This document shows positions 12,921 through 25,956 of a stretch of DNA of 64,000 nt, piece by piece; the first letter of the stretch is position 1, and each line of letters begins with the position of its first letter. A program made the translations under genes and the position numbers. This stretch comes from Lama glama (lineage: Eukaryota). The notes beneath the pieces are model-generated. The model saw only the letters and a program-made list of their open reading frames with translations, was not told the DNA's origin and searched no databases. The stretch is taken from NCBI GenBank assembly GCA_028534125.1, contig CM052816.1, positions 77,006,001 through 77,070,000 of the forward strand, read 5' to 3'.

Positions 12921-13042
12921 TCATAACTGTTAGTAGTAACTTCACCATTGTCATTAAATTTTTTCGACTTGATTAGAGTTGGTTTTTTTAATTGTAGGCA
13001 CTAAGTGCTTTTCTAGCAGTATCATAATGTATTTGCTTTTAG

Positions 13043-13242
13043 GATGGGCAAGGATACTTAGAAGATCTAGTAAAGGATATTGTTCAGTGGCTCAATGCCT
13101 CCTCTGGAATGAAACCTGAAAGAAGTCTTCAAAATAATGGTTTATTGACTACTCTAAGTCAACACTACTTTTTATTTATTGGAACACTTTCCTGCCACCC
13201 TCATGGAGTCAAAATGCTGGAAAAATGCAGCGTATTTCAGTG
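13043..13242 (+). CDS. RICTOR: RICTOR exon 21, DGQGYLEDLVKDIVQWLNASSG...KMLEKCSVFQC
   Basis: ttag|GAT...GTG|gtgagc; 200 nt. Confidence 0.97.
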
Positions 13243-13518
13243 GTGAGCATGCTTAGATTCTGTTTCAGTATGTACCTAAACTTTATTTTTAGTGTGATCA
13301 CTTCATTTTTAGTGTGCATACCTGTGTTTGTTAAGTTTTGTTAAAATATCAAAAAGAAATTAATTAGAGTTGTCGTGGTGCTCTGATACTTTTTTTTAAT
13401 GTGATACTTGTTAGTTGCTTTCTTCTAGAAATGCTTGTTTATTAGGGATTTTAAAATATTTGTTGAATTTATTCAGTATAGTAGTCTCTAGTAAACATTA
13501 TTTTCATCCTTTTTTTAG

Positions 13519-13645
13519 TCTACTTAACCTTTGCTCTTTGAAAAACCAAGATCACTTGCTGAAACTGACTGTTTCTAGTTTGGACTATAGCAGAGATGGA
13601 TTGGCTCGAGTCATCCTTTCCAAAATCTTAACTGCAGCCACTGAT
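13519..13645 (+). CDS. RICTOR: RICTOR exon 22, LLNLCSLKNQDHLLKLTVSSLDYSRDGLARVILSKILTAATD
   Basis: ttag|T...GAT|gtgagt; 127 nt. Confidence 0.97.
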
Positions 13646-14023
13646 GTGAGTATAACATGGACAGTAAAATTATATTTTTTAATAGCCAGTTAATTCAATA
13701 CTTTATAAATTTTAGCCTAGTAAAATTAATTATAAATTCTAAGATTATGAGATAGAATTTGAGTTTACTTTAAAATTTTAGTTCTTCCAAAGAACTCTAT
13801 ATACAATCTATATTTTTATATACAGGAAAAGAAGCAGTTAGACAGAAACAGAAGTATTTTATTTTACTAGCACTAAAAAAAGTACTCATTTCAAGGGCTG
13901 GATCATCAGTTCCAATCTTTTTGCCCTTTTCATGTAGCAGAAGTGTCCCAAAATAAAGTCAAATAGGCTATCTATGGTGAAGTTTGGGTTGTTTGTCTTT
14001 AATATTCTCATTTGTCTTTATAG

Positions 14024-14188
14024 GCCTGCAGGCTGTATGCAACAAAACATTTAAGAGTATTGTTGAGAGCTAATGTTGAATTCTTTAATAACTGGGGAAT
14101 TGAATTACTAGTGACCCAGCTGCATGATAAAAACAAAACGATTTCTTCTGAAGCTCTTGATATCCTTGATGAAGCGTGTGAAGACAAG
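14024..14188 (+). CDS. RICTOR: RICTOR exon 23, ACRLYATKHLRVLLRANVEFFNNWG...ILDEACEDK
   Basis: atag|GCC...AAG|gtgaag; 165 nt. Confidence 0.97.
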
Positions 14189-14357
14189 GTGAAGGTTCAT
14201 TATTTTCTAATAAAATATTTAGACCTGAATTTTTATTAAAATATTTAATTTTGATAAAAATTATGTGAAATTACAATGTATATAATATAAGCGTTTTGGA
14301 AAGAGATTTTACTATCTTAGTACAGTTGTTAATTTGCCTAATCATTATTTCTTTTAG

Positions 14358-14434
14358 GCCAATCTTCATGCTCTTATTCAGATGAAGCCAGCTTTATCTC
14401 ACCTTGGGGACAAGGGCTTGCTTCTCCTCTTGAG
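14358..14434 (+). CDS. RICTOR: RICTOR exon 24, ANLHALIQMKPALSHLGDKGLLLLLR
   Basis: ttag|GCC...GAG|gtaaat; 77 nt. Confidence 0.97.
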
Positions 14435-14878
14435 GTAAATTTTAAGATTTTTCTTGTAGTTGTTTTCTGTTGTGTTCTCTTTGGCAGTGTATATTAAAGC
14501 TGGATTCAGATCTGTAAAGGAAGCACTTTAAAGAGTTTAGCTGTTAACTTTTGAAAGAGGCCTATTTTAGAATCTTGGACATCCTTTCATACTAAAACTC
14601 TGTCTTTTCATTGTTCCCCTTAATGTTTCTTTTACATTTCTATGTCTCCTCATTCTTTTCATACATTTTCTTTACTGTGGTTGGTTTCATGGGTTTTTGT
14701 AAAGGTTATGAAAATTTATATTTGAAATTACTATAAATAATATTTGAGCTTTTAGTTTTAGGAAGGAGCTATTCTTAAAGTCTTTTAGCTTCTTAAACAT
14801 TATGTTTGAAATATTTTAGCTCCTTAAACATTTTTTTGTGAGACTCAATATTAAGCTGTTGCTTGTTTTAATTTACAG

Positions 14879-14957
14879 ATTTCTCTCCATTCCAAAAGGG
14901 TTTTCCTATTTGAATGAAAGGGGTTATGTAGCCAAACAATTGGAAAAGTGGCACAAG
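14879..14957 (+). CDS. RICTOR: RICTOR exon 25, FLSIPKGFSYLNERGYVAKQLEKWHK
   Basis: acag|A...AAG|gtaact; 79 nt. Confidence 0.97.
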
Positions 14958-15689
14958 GTAACTTCCTATTAAATAAGTTTCAATTTATGTTTTTATCTTG
15001 GGGAAAAGATTCATAAATTTAGAGGATTTTTGTTTATATCATCAGTATTTTAAAACTAAAGAAATGAAATATTTTGACATTCATATGAAGTCAAGTCTTA
15101 AATTGTATATAATTATTTGTATTCATATTTATTTCTAAACTATTTTAAGATAAAATTATTTTATAGCAAATTTTTGTGTACATTTTGTTGAAATTTTGCT
15201 TTTGAGTTAATTGATATAATCTACTGTTATAACTTGTCAACAACCCTACTTACCATCATTTCTTTTATTCTTGTGTTCCTTCCACAGCCCTTTTAGGCTG
15301 AAACTAAAACAATTTTCCTAAATGTGGAAAGATTATAAAATGGTTCTACCAGGCAGATATAATAATCTAATTAAGCTTTATTTTAGGGTGTACTTTTTAT
15401 AAATCTGAGAGCAAACTATTTGCTATTGTATATAATGGGGAACCCAGGAAGAAGTAGTTTGAAGATTAGTGAACTTCCCAGCTTTTTTTAAGCTGGCATC
15501 ACTGTGGCTTCACTTTGTTGAAAGTGTCATAAATTGTCAAAGCATCTTAGAAACCCATGGGATAATCAATCCTAATGTAAATGATTTTCAGATTTTCCAT
15601 TATTTCAGATCATTGTTTATATTGTCTATGTTGAATCATATTTCATAGGATACTCTCATTTATGAAAAATACTGTATAATTATAGTTAT

Positions 15690-16025
15690 CAGAGGTGGGG
15701 GGTAGGGGACAGAGATACTAGATGAAAGCAGTCAGAAAGTACAGACTTCTAGTTATAAGATAAGTAAATACTGGGGATTTAATGAACAATATGATAAAAT
15801 TAACACTGCCATGTGTTATATATGAAACTTAAAGTGGATCCTAAGAGTTCTCATAAGGAATTTTTTTTTGTTTATTTAATTTTATATATATATGAGATGA
15901 AGAATATTTGCTAAACTTACTGTGATAATCATTTCATGTAAGTCAATTCATTATGCTGTATACCTTAAACAGTGCTGTATATCAGTTATCTCAATAAAAC
16001 TAGAAGAGGGTAAAAAGGGAAAGAA
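15690..16025 (+). mobile_element. L1M 3' end
   Basis: agttataagataagtaaatactgggga...tatctcaataaaactaga followed by A-rich tail. Confidence 0.75.
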
Positions 16026-16199
16026 AACTAACTATAAAGCATACAACTTCAGGCATAAAGTCTTTAAATAATTGGTGAATTGAAAAACTGAAGTAAGATA
16101 TAATAGTTTTATTTCCCAGAAGATATTTAAACTAGTTACCATAATAAAATTGGTCACCTTTTTATACAAATTATGTTAGGAAATTGCTTAACAAATCTG

Positions 16200-17520
16200 G
16201 TGCAGTATTTTCAGACATTAGGTACAAAATATAACTGCTATAACAGAGTCATGCGTAGTATATAAGGAAGCAGAGGAAGGGTTAATGATTCCGCCTTAGG
16301 AATTAGCAAAAGAAATTTTGGGCTCGGGAAAGGATACGATATTTGAAGTGGTCTTGAAGTAAATTAGAAGAAGGGTATTCAAGGATGAGAGGGCAGAATA
16401 ATAAATCTGTATAGATTACTGAAACTTCATAGACATGAAGAAAGCCATATTCCAGTGTAGTTGGAGCTAGATAGGTGAGGTGTGGCAAGATGAGGATGGA
16501 ATGGTGAATTAGAACTAGATCGTAGAAGGCTTTTTAAAGCCACATTATGTCATACTAAGGGATTTCAATTTTACAGGAAGTTGGGGAATTGTTACAGTTG
16601 TAAAGAGTATTCATAGTCAGAATTGTGCTTTAGAAACAGGTTGCAGTGTAGTAGCAGCAGTTTGATCATCAAAAGTAAAGGAATCTAGGAATACTGAGAC
16701 GAGTTTAGAAGCAAGAATTGATAAAAACATGAACTTCACTGGTGATAAGTTTGGATGGGCAGGGACACATTTTCTGGGCATTTCTGGTAAAAGATGGGTT
16801 TGTGGACTGATTAGATATAATGAATGAGGGGTCCAACTTGACATTTAAGGTTTCTAATTTGAATGACTGAGTATATAATGGCTCACCATTAAGAGATTAT
16901 GATTACAAAAGGAGGTCTGTAGGATTGGGGATCATGAATTTTGAATAATTTGCTAAGCAGTTTTCTAATATAATTTGTATAGTGAGGTGACCAATTTTGT
17001 TGGTGGTGTCTGTGGGATGGCAAGTGATAGCATCCAGAAAATATGTGGAAATGTGGATCTGGAACTCAGATATGTGTTGAAGATGGCAGTTTGGGAGTTG
17101 TCAGTGAATAGTAGTAGTTGAAACCTGAATTAAGTGAGGTCACCAAGGAAGATGTTATGGAAAAAAAAAAATGAAACTGGGAATTGCTCCCTAGAGGACA
17201 CTGGTTTAATGCAGGGACTAAAAGGACGAGGACACTGAGGGTAAAATTATCAGAACAGTTGCACTAAAGGATGCTTCAGGAAGGAGAGGCCAGTGGTATA
17301 TCAGTGGTCAGATAAGGTGAACACTGGAAAGAAGACTGTTGAATTTGACAGGTCATTGGTGAATTTTGCTAGAGCAATTTCAGTAGAAAGTTACAAACAG
17401 ATGCTGAATTGCAGTTACAGTCAGGCAGTAAATGAGATGTGCAAAAATAAAAACAATATAGTCTACTTTCCCAGATTAATTAGAGAAAGGGAGAAAGGGA
17501 GAAAGGGAAGGAAACTAATT
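16200..17520 (-). mobile_element. Degraded L2 LINE
   Basis: purine-rich stretch with L2-like motifs (agagcaatttcagtaga, ggtcattggtgaattttg). Confidence 0.55.
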
Positions 17521-17529
17521 TAGTCATTG

Positions 17530-17730
17530 CCTGCCATTGAACTTAGTGCTTTTCAAGTATTACCTCATTTAATCCTTACAGCGACTCTTTGAAATGTTTT
17601 CTATTATTTCTATTTTGTGAATGAAAATGTGGAAGCTAAGAGGAGTAAACTAATTTATCCTAGGTCACAGAGCTTGAAAATAGCACAGCAAGGGCACTTT
17701 TTAATTCCAAAGGGCATGCTCTTTCCACTG
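17530..17730 (-). mobile_element. MIR SINE
   Basis: ctcatttaatccttacagc...aactaatttatcctaggtcacagagct. Confidence 0.65.
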
Positions 17731-18699
17731 TATTTTATTTTCTCCCAGTAGCTTGCGGCATGCCAAGGTGAAGGTGAGACTGTCTTTTTTATTAGGTAAT
17801 AAAACGTACAGGCCAAAGTAATATTAAAAATTCACTTACTCAATTTATAACTTTCTCCCCTAGCCCAGGCTTGGTATAGACTTAGAAACCTGCTGTGGAG
17901 GGAGGATATGGTTCATTTGGTCACTTTTTCTTGTTTATCTCCTCTCCATTTAGCTGCAAATTTGGGGCCTCTCCAGATTTGTAATAGGAGGAGGAGGACG
18001 AAGGGGTAAGGGGTCACGGACAGTCTTACTCAGTTTGTACAGTTGTTATCTGGGGTTGTTAGCTTTGAGCAGGGGAGATTTCAGATGCTAATTTGTTTAC
18101 TTAAGGGTCATTTTCATGAATTCCTCAAAGGTCTCAGTCTAGGGAGCTCTCATTTGCAGTTCCCTTAATGAGAACAATGTGGCTCCTCTGACTGCCTACT
18201 TATAATATCTCCTAGTAGCTAGAGGTCCAGCCCTTACTTGGGGTCTTCTTGCTCCTCTAGTAGTTCCTTTTCAGGAGAATCCTCAAGATGATCCACATCA
18301 GAAACACAGTGCATTTTATAGCTATAAACTATACCCTGATCTTTGCTAGTGTTTTCAACACGATGCCGCTGGTAAAACGACTAACTAGGCAATAGCACAT
18401 GAATGTAACTACACCTGCATAAAGCTCAGAATACTGGCCTTAGTTAGAATTTTGTGCTGGGATTTTTATGTATAGAGGAGTGTGGTGTACAGAGTAATTT
18501 ACTGGTAGTGGTAGCAGTAGCAGTAGCAGTAATCTTGTGTGCTGGTAGTATAATTAAAATCTCGTACTACTATTGCAAAGTGAATATGGAACCTAAAGGA
18601 AAAGCAGAAAAAGTTAAGTTTTTAGAGGCTCTAAGTAGGGAGTATTAAGGTAACCCACCAAATCCCAGTAGTCTAAAATGCTTTAAAATGAAAGATATC

Positions 18700-19150
18700 T
18701 CCCTGCCCCTTATTCTCTTTTCTGAAGGAAATGTGCGTTCAGAGATGTTCTGTACATCTATAAGTATATCTTCTTCATTTAAAAATACAAATGAATCCCT
18801 TCAGAGCTGTAAATAAAACTGTATTTAATTTTTTCATTTAGCAATATGTCCAAGAGATCTTTTCAGAGCTATATATTTAGATATAGATCATTCTATTGAA
18901 TGGCTGCATAGTAAATTATATCAATGTACCTTAATTTTTATAATCACTGCTGTGTTGATGGGCGTTTAGAGTGTTTCCAATTTTTAGTGTTGTAAACAGT
19001 GTTTGCTGGATATTCTTGCATGTGTATCTTTTCGTACTTGTACATATATATCTGTTGGATAAATTTCTTAAAGTCTAATTGTTGAGTCAAAAAGTATGTG
19101 AACTTAAAGTTTTAATAAATACTGCTTAGTTGCTTTTTAGAGGTTCTACC
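18700..19150 (-). mobile_element. Old L1ME-like fragment
   Basis: tggctgcatagta, gttgatgggcgtttagagtgtttcca, ttgttgagtcaaaaagtatg. Confidence 0.6.
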
Positions 19151-19702
19151 CGTTTCTTCTAAAAGATTTAAAGTGGAGATCTTTTGCAGTAAAGATGGCA
19201 GTATGACTAACTCTCGATTTAAACAGTTTAACTAGAAGTTTTTCAGGTTTCAGTTGGAAATATTTTTTTACATTTGACTTGATTTAAATCAGTGGGGAAA
19301 GAGATATTTCTTACCGAAAGGTTCTAAAATGGTAGAACTCAGCTTCCTTTTAAAATTTCTAGTTAATGTCTTCAGGGCTTAATATTAAGAAGCTAGTTTT
19401 TTAATGGAGAAAAGAATTCAAGTAAGATGAAAAACAAAAGTATTAGCTTACTTATATGGACCCCAAAATATTAATTGAAAATGGGGAAGAAGTATAAGCA
19501 GAAAGCTTATGGGTATGGGTATAATAGAACATTTGTATTCATAGTACATTGTTCTCTTTTCAAAAATTACTTCAGTTTCTCGAACAGGTGTTCATTTTTC
19601 TCATATTTATGCTTCCAAGATTTGCTAGGTACCTAATATATTAGAAATTTAGTGAATGTTGTTATGATGACTGTGTGTAATTAAAACAATATTGTCTTCT
19701 AG

Positions 19703-19812
19703 GAATATAATTCAAAGTATGTTGACTTGATTGAAGAACAACTTAATGAAGCACTTACTACTTATCGAAAGCCAATTGATGGTGATAACTATGTTCGTCG
19801 GAGTAACCAAAG
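19703..19812 (+). CDS. RICTOR: RICTOR exon 26, EYNSKYVDLIEEQLNEALTTYRKPIDGDNYVRRSNQR
   Basis: ctag|GAA...AAG|gtacag; 110 nt. Confidence 0.97.
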
Positions 19813-20269
19813 GTACAGTCCATTTAATGGAATAATTTATTACTGGTCCTCCAACATAAAATTTAAAACCAGGGTGTTATAAATCATTATTTTTAAGTTT
19901 TCTGAGTACTTGGGTATTCTATTTCTTACACTGACGTAAGAATATCTTTTTAAAGTATAGCATTGAATGTTCAGAAATTCCAGTGGCATTCATAGCTTGC
20001 TGAATACGCTGACTGATAGGGCATTTAGATCCCTTCATGCTCTTACCTTAGTCTATTTTTCTAGTCTTTAGTTCTCTTACCATTACTCTGAGACCAGCTA
20101 AACTGTATTCTAGAGAAATCTTCACCCCTTTCCACCTCTGTATTTTTATTTATACTGAGGGATTATGTCTAATTCTTTTTATCTAGTACTTTATTATAAG
20201 TCGTTATCTTAATTAGCATATTTAAAATGAGCCTATAGATAGATATATCAATCATTTTTATTATACTAG

Positions 20270-20357
20270 ATTACAGCGTCCTCATGTCTACCTACCCGTA
20301 CACCTTTATGGACAACTGGTACACCACAAAACAGGCTGTCATTTGTTGGAAGTACAG
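20270..20357 (+). CDS. RICTOR: RICTOR exon 27, LQRPHVYLPVHLYGQLVHHKTGCHLLEVQ
   Basis: ctag|A...CAG|gtaaaa; 88 nt. Confidence 0.97.
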
Positions 20358-21214
20358 GTAAAACCATAATTTGCTAATTTTAAATGCCTACAATAGTAGA
20401 AAAAACTTAATATTGCTAAAGTATTTTCTTTGCAAAAACTTCTCAAAAGCCTTGAAATCAGTGGCATAATTGCTTTTAAAGCCATCTACCTTGTAGTTGA
20501 CTTAGGTGTTCTGTGTTTGCAGTCCTTGGACATATTTCTGGCTCTCATGCATTTCCCTGAGTTCCAACCATTTGCATAGCTGATTTGTTATGTAGAGTAA
20601 GTAACCCAGTGAAGGTCTGAGTTCTTCCCTTGTAGTTTGTTCAGGAAGTTGATATCCTTAGTAAAAACATAAAGAAAAACTGAGTTCATTGCTCTTGTTG
20701 GGAGATTAAGCTGAACCTGAAACAGATTCAGTTACCTTTGGTGAGCAACAAAATATCAGCTGCTGTGTGTTAATGCTTCAACTGTTCTCTTACACTTCAT
20801 GGAATGTAAGAGGCTTAGGCAAGCAGTTATTCTTTAAGTATAGTATGCACGCCAAGTTTTGGCTGGGAATATGTCTTGCTACTAGGTGTTTTCCATAAGT
20901 GTTTTCCATAAGTTCTTTTCTTATTTTAGGAATAGTTAATAGAAGTATTTATGTGCGTGTCTGAATAATAGTAATTTAGCAATTTAGTTCTTTTTCATAT
21001 CAGTGTCCATCTCAGAAGCAAAAGTTTTGCATAAACATGGATACATGTATTTTTACACTGTGTATGAAGTATTGGGATATGTATCTTTATATTAGTTTTT
21101 TTAATTTATTGAATATTTAAATGATTTGCTTAATGCCATTACCCACATAGCATAAAATCTAGGTGTTAATTTATTATTTTCTATCTAGAAGAAATGATAG
21201 CCAATGGCCAACAG

Positions 21215-21425
21215 TTTATGTAATACTAGGTCTCAAGTGCTTTGTTAAGCACTTTATATGTAATAATTTATTAAATCATTAAACTTTGTGAGACAGAGGC
21301 TATTATTATTCCTATCTTAAAGATTAGAAAATGAAGGCATGGAGAGATTAAGTAACTTGCTCAAGGCCAGTTAGCTAGTAAGTGGGAACTCTAGTAAATG
21401 AACTCAGAGCCTATTTACTAACACT
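21215..21425 (-). mobile_element. MIR SINE
   Basis: gagagattaagtaacttgctcaaggccagttagctagtaagtgg. Confidence 0.75.
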
Positions 21426-21572
21426 GCTTTTTCTGAAATTTTACATGAAATTATTTTAGGATTTTAAACATGCAAAATTAATAAATACAAACCTTAAATA
21501 GGTATTAAGGTATAGTAAGAAAATATATTAAAAACATGTTGTTAATCACATGATATTTTTTTCCTTCTCCAG

Positions 21573-21665
21573 AATATTATTGCAGAACTCTGTCAAAACG
21601 TTCGTACACCAGATTTGGATAAATGGGAAGAAATTAAAAAACTGAAAGCGTCTCTTTGGGCCTTG
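21573..21665 (+). CDS. RICTOR: RICTOR exon 28, NIIAELCQNVRTPDLDKWEEIKKLKASLWAL
   Basis: ccag|AAT...TTG|gtttgt (weak donor); 93 nt. Confidence 0.96.
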
Positions 21666-21978
21666 GTTTGTAATAAACAATTCTATAAGATCTTAAGTTT
21701 TAGATTTTTCTCATTTTCCTATTAATATTAAATAAATAAAAATTATTTTATTTGGAACTTATTCTTAGTTTAGTATCCTAAGACCAAGATTATTCCTACC
21801 CATTTAAGTATTATTTTCTGTTGGAAAATAGATGATTAAACTATTAATTTTCTTGCTAAGACACGTTTTTTTCCTCTTTTATAGGTGTGGTTAAATTTTT
21901 TGTTTTTTGGGTAGCTTTCCAAATTTCTTTAAATTTACTCTTATAAATATATTTGACTTGTGATTTCATTTCTTTCAG

Positions 21979-22085
21979 GGGAATATTGGCTCATCAAATT
22001 GGGGTCTCAATTTGCTACAGGAAGAAAATGTGATTCCAGATATACTGAAACTTGCGAAACAGTGTGAAGTTCTTTCTGTCAGAGG
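21979..22085 (+). CDS. RICTOR: RICTOR exon 29, GNIGSSNWGLNLLQEENVIPDILKLAKQCEVLSVRG
   Basis: tcag|GGG...AGG|gtatgt; 107 nt. Confidence 0.97.
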
Positions 22086-22636
22086 GTATGTCATTTAACT
22101 CAGAAATCTTTCTAATGTATACATTGTTGTTCACAAATTTGTGTGAAGGAGTGTTTTATTGGTTGCATATAGTTTGTTAGAATATTCACTGTAAGTTCTA
22201 ATTATGTGAGATTTTTAAATGCATTAAATTAAACATTTTAAGGAGCTCCTGGCTTAATATTATTTTATTTTTGTCATTACAATGTTGACATTTACCTTGC
22301 AAGTAAACAGTGAAAGTATAGTGTGTATCCAAATAGTCCAGTTGCCCACACATTCCAAATTTACCCCATAGAAGCTAATATATATTTTTCCCTAAGATTA
22401 CATTATGTTCTTTTAAATAATTTCCTGCAATTAGTATTTTTATTAAAGTTTTCATGTTATTTATTGCTTCTAATTTACTCCTGACTCATTTTGATACATT
22501 TCTCCACAAGCTAAACAATTTTAATGGCTTTTAAAGAAAATACAGATGTATATATAGTAACCTAATATTTTGTGGTTGCTTTAGGAAATTTCAGTTTTGA
22601 ATTATAAGCTGTCATTACTACATCTTTTACTTACAG

Positions 22637-22866
22637 GACCTGTGTGTATGTGCTTGGGCTCATAGCCAAAACTAAACAAGGCTGTGATATTCTGAAATGT
22701 CACAACTGGGATGCTGTGAGGCACAGTCGCAAACATCTGTGGCCAGTGGTTCCAGATGATGTAGAGCAACTCTGTAATGAACTCTCATCTATCCCAAGCA
22801 CCCTTAGTTTGAACTCAGAGTCAACCAGCTCTAGACATAATAGTGAAAGTGAATCTGCACCATCGA
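22637..22866 (+). CDS. RICTOR: RICTOR exon 30, TCVYVLGLIAKTKQGCDILKCHNWDAVRH...SESESAPS
   Basis: acag|G...CGA|gtgagt; 230 nt; ORF 22644..22892. Confidence 0.97.
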
Positions 22867-24251
22867 GTGAGTATTGTGACATGGTCATATAAAATTAGCC
22901 AAAACTAATATTTATATTTGTAATATCAAAATTTGAATGAATTTTACAATTTTAATTTACCTTTTTTGAGGTAATTTAGCAGTAATAGCCTCTTGGAGAA
23001 TGCATATCTTTTCACAACAGGGAGTATAGCCACCAACTCTCCCTTTGCTTTCTAAATAGTTCTTGGAAAATCCTGCTTTCAGAGTTATTAAGCCATGTGC
23101 CAGAAGAGCCATTCCCCTTTTTTTGCATTTTCTAATAACTAAATGTTTATTCACCTACTTTCTTCATTTACGTGGTTCTTTACTTCGTTTTTCAGATACA
23201 GGGTTGTTGAACTAGAATATATTTAAGAGAGATGATATTCACACACTCATTTTTGAAATGAGTTAAATTTTAAAATTAAATACTGAAACTGTTGGAGTAT
23301 CAAAAATCAGTTCAATGAAAAATGGTTTGTGATTTAAGCTCTGTGCTAAACACTACTAGGTGAATAAAGTTTAAGACATGGGTTTAAGAAGATAGTGTAA
23401 CATTTATCAAACCATATTTCACCAGATGTAAGATGCCATAAATTATAATATATACCAGTATTTAAGAAGAAAAGTGCTGCCTATTACAGGATGCATCCTG
23501 ATTTTAGAGATTTTCAGTGAAAAATGTGGATCTTAGAATTGACAAAATATGGAAATAAATGTAGTATGCAAGTTCAAGATTTTATTTTGCCTCCTTTCAA
23601 AATGTATTTAAAGTAGTTTATAATTATTCAACAGAAAATTAAAAATAAAAATAGAATAAAATCCCAGAGGTGTCGTTAGTTACCTAGATTGTCTTTTATT
23701 AGAACTAGGCACTGAATTTAGATAAGTTTAGTAGTACCTAAGACAAAATGAGAAATAGATCTAATTAGTTTAAACATGAATTTTAAATGTGACTCTGTAA
23801 GTATATTTTGTTTAAGATTGGATACTTGTTTCTTGTAAGATTGATTTCTCCTACCTATTGTGATTTGAAGAATAAACCACCAGGAATCTGTACCAAGTGA
23901 ACATCCATGGTCAAGTCTCCTTTTTGCCTTTAATTTTATCTTGACTATTTGGAGGTTTTGGAAACTCACTGGAGTAATCAAAAGAAACTTTATGTGAGCC
24001 GTGCCATAATGAATTCTATAGTTTTTCTTTGGAAATAACAGAAGATCCTCATAATGACATATTTTTATGTTTTATTCAAGTATAAATTCTGGATCTCAAG
24101 GATGCTGTTTTTATCTGGCTCAGTTTATTTTTGAAAACTTTCTCCCCAAGTGACTATTAAACAGACATTTCCTGAAATATATCACTAGTAGTTACTATGA
24201 TTATTTATCCTTTTTTCAGTGTGCCTTTATTAATCAGTCCTTTGATCATAG

Positions 24252-25260
24252 GTATGTTCATAATGGAGGATGACCGGTTTGGCAGCAGCTCTACTAGTAC
24301 ATTTTTCCTTGACATCAATGAAGATGCGGAGCCAGCATTTTATGATCGACCTGGACCTATAAAGGATAAAAATTCATTCCCTTTCTTTGCTTCTAGTAAA
24401 CTTGTGAAGAATCGTATCTTAAATTCGCTTACTTTGCCTAATAAAAAACATCGTAGTAGCAGTGATCCAAAAGGAGGGAAACCGTCATCTGAAAATAAGA
24501 CAAGCAACAGGCGGATCAGAACGCTTACAGAGCCCAGTGTTGACTTTAATCATAGTGATGATTTCACACCCATATCCACAGTACAGAAAACGTTACAATT
24601 AGAAACGTCATTTGTTGGGAATAAGCATATTGAAGACACTGGTAGTACTCCAAGCATTGGAGAGAATGACTTAAAATTCACCAAGAGCCTTGGTACAGAG
24701 AATCACAGAGAAAACACAAGCCGAGAGAGATTAGTTGTAGAAAGTTCAACGAGCTCACACATGAAGATACGTAGCCAAAGTTTTAATACAGACACTACAA
24801 CAAGTGGCATAAGTTCAATGAGCTCAAGTCCTTCCCGAGAGACAGTAGGTGTAGATGCTGCGACTATGGACACAGACTGTGGAAGTATGAGTACTGTGGT
24901 AAGTACTAAAACTGTTAAGACAAGCCACTATTTGACACCACAGTCTAACCATCTGTCTCTCTCTAAATCAAACTCAGTGTCCCTGGTGCCTCCAGGTTCT
25001 TCTCATACACTTCCTAGAAGAGCACAGTCCCTTAAAGCACCTTCTATTGCTACAATTAAAAGTCTAGCAGACTGTAACTTCAGTTACACAAGTTCTAGAG
25101 ACGCCTTTGGCTATGCTACACTGAAAAGATTACAGCAACAAAGAATGCATCCATCCTTATCTCATTCTGAAGCTTTGGCATCTCCAGCAAAAGATGTGCT
25201 GTTTACTGATACCATCACCATGAAGGCCAACAGCTTTGAGTCCAGGTTAACACCAAGCAG
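24252..25260 (+). CDS. RICTOR: RICTOR exon 31, large Ser/Thr-rich phospho-regulatory region including RRIRTLTEP (human T1135 site)
   Basis: atag|GTATG...GCAG|gtgagc; 1009 nt; ORF 24197..25264 matches RICTOR. Confidence 0.98.
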
Positions 25261-25549
25261 GTGAGCAAATACACATTTGAAAATGAACCATAATGGTTGC
25301 ATTTTAGCAGACTTAAATGTAAAGCATTAGCCAGGTTGTACGTCTCCATAAGCCTGAGAACTGACTTACTGTAATTGTTTACTGCGGTAGGCTATAAGCT
25401 CCTAGTTTACCCGATATGATTTGAAATGGATTCTTGCAGCTGCGAGGGGGGAAAAGAAACTCCTTTAGACCCTGAAAATAAACATATATACTTTGCAGGG
25501 ACACACAAGTCACAAGCTTTTTTTTTTATTTATTTCTCGCTTCTGCAAG

Positions 25550-25621
25550 GATCGATTTTAAAAAGAAGCATGTCGGGGGAATCAGGAGCTTAAGACCTAC
25601 AATAACAAACAACCTTTTCAG
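25550..25621 (+). CDS. RICTOR: RICTOR alternative 72-nt cassette exon, (R)IDFKKKHVGGIRSLRPTITNNLF(R)
   Basis: long pyrimidine tract, gcaag|GATC...TCAG|gtaggt; in frame, no stop; +24 aa agrees with the longer (1732 vs 1708 aa) human isoform as I recall it. Confidence 0.88.
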
Positions 25622-25827
25622 GTAGGTCAATTTAAGGCTCCAAAAGTTGACCTTTTTGTTTTTTTTGTTTTTTTTTTTAAGATAACTGAAATTTTCAGTT
25701 CAGCTCCTCTCAGTTTGTTTTAAGTGGCTATAATTATTAAGTAGGAACTTAATGAACAATAAATGAATTACTCGGCCCTCAGGATTCAGCAGTAACAGTC
25801 TGCTTGTGCTCAAGAACATTTGGGGAA

Positions 25828-25956
25828 GGGGGGAGGGTGTAGCTCAGTGGTAGTGTGTGCTTAGCACGCACAGGTCCTGGGGTCAGTCCCCAGTACTTCT
25901 GCTAAAAATAAATAAACCTAATTACCTTCCCCCGAAAAAACAAAACAAAAAGAATG
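25828..25956 (+). mobile_element. tRNA-Ala-derived SINE (camelid Vic-1-like)
   Basis: GGGGAGGGTGTAGCTCAGTGGTAG...CTTAGCA...GGTCCTGGGGTCAGTCCCCAGTAC, A-rich tail, TSD aagaacatttgggga / aagaagatttggggg. Confidence 0.88.

Noticed and set aside
20885..20912. Short tandem duplications (gtgttttccataa x2; cttgtgt x3 at 44325; (GTAGCA)n at 18510; (CCAA)n at 51463)
   Set aside because: Ordinary slippage repeats; no spacer structure, not CRISPR-like.
21866..21884. Strong-looking acceptor inside RICTOR intron 28
   Set aside because: Leads to a stop within 10 codons and has no convincing donor; cannot be distinguished from background.
25828..25890. tRNA-Ala-like sequences (also at 35620) as tRNA genes
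   Set aside because: Broken stems, A-rich tails and TSDs identify them as SINE copies.
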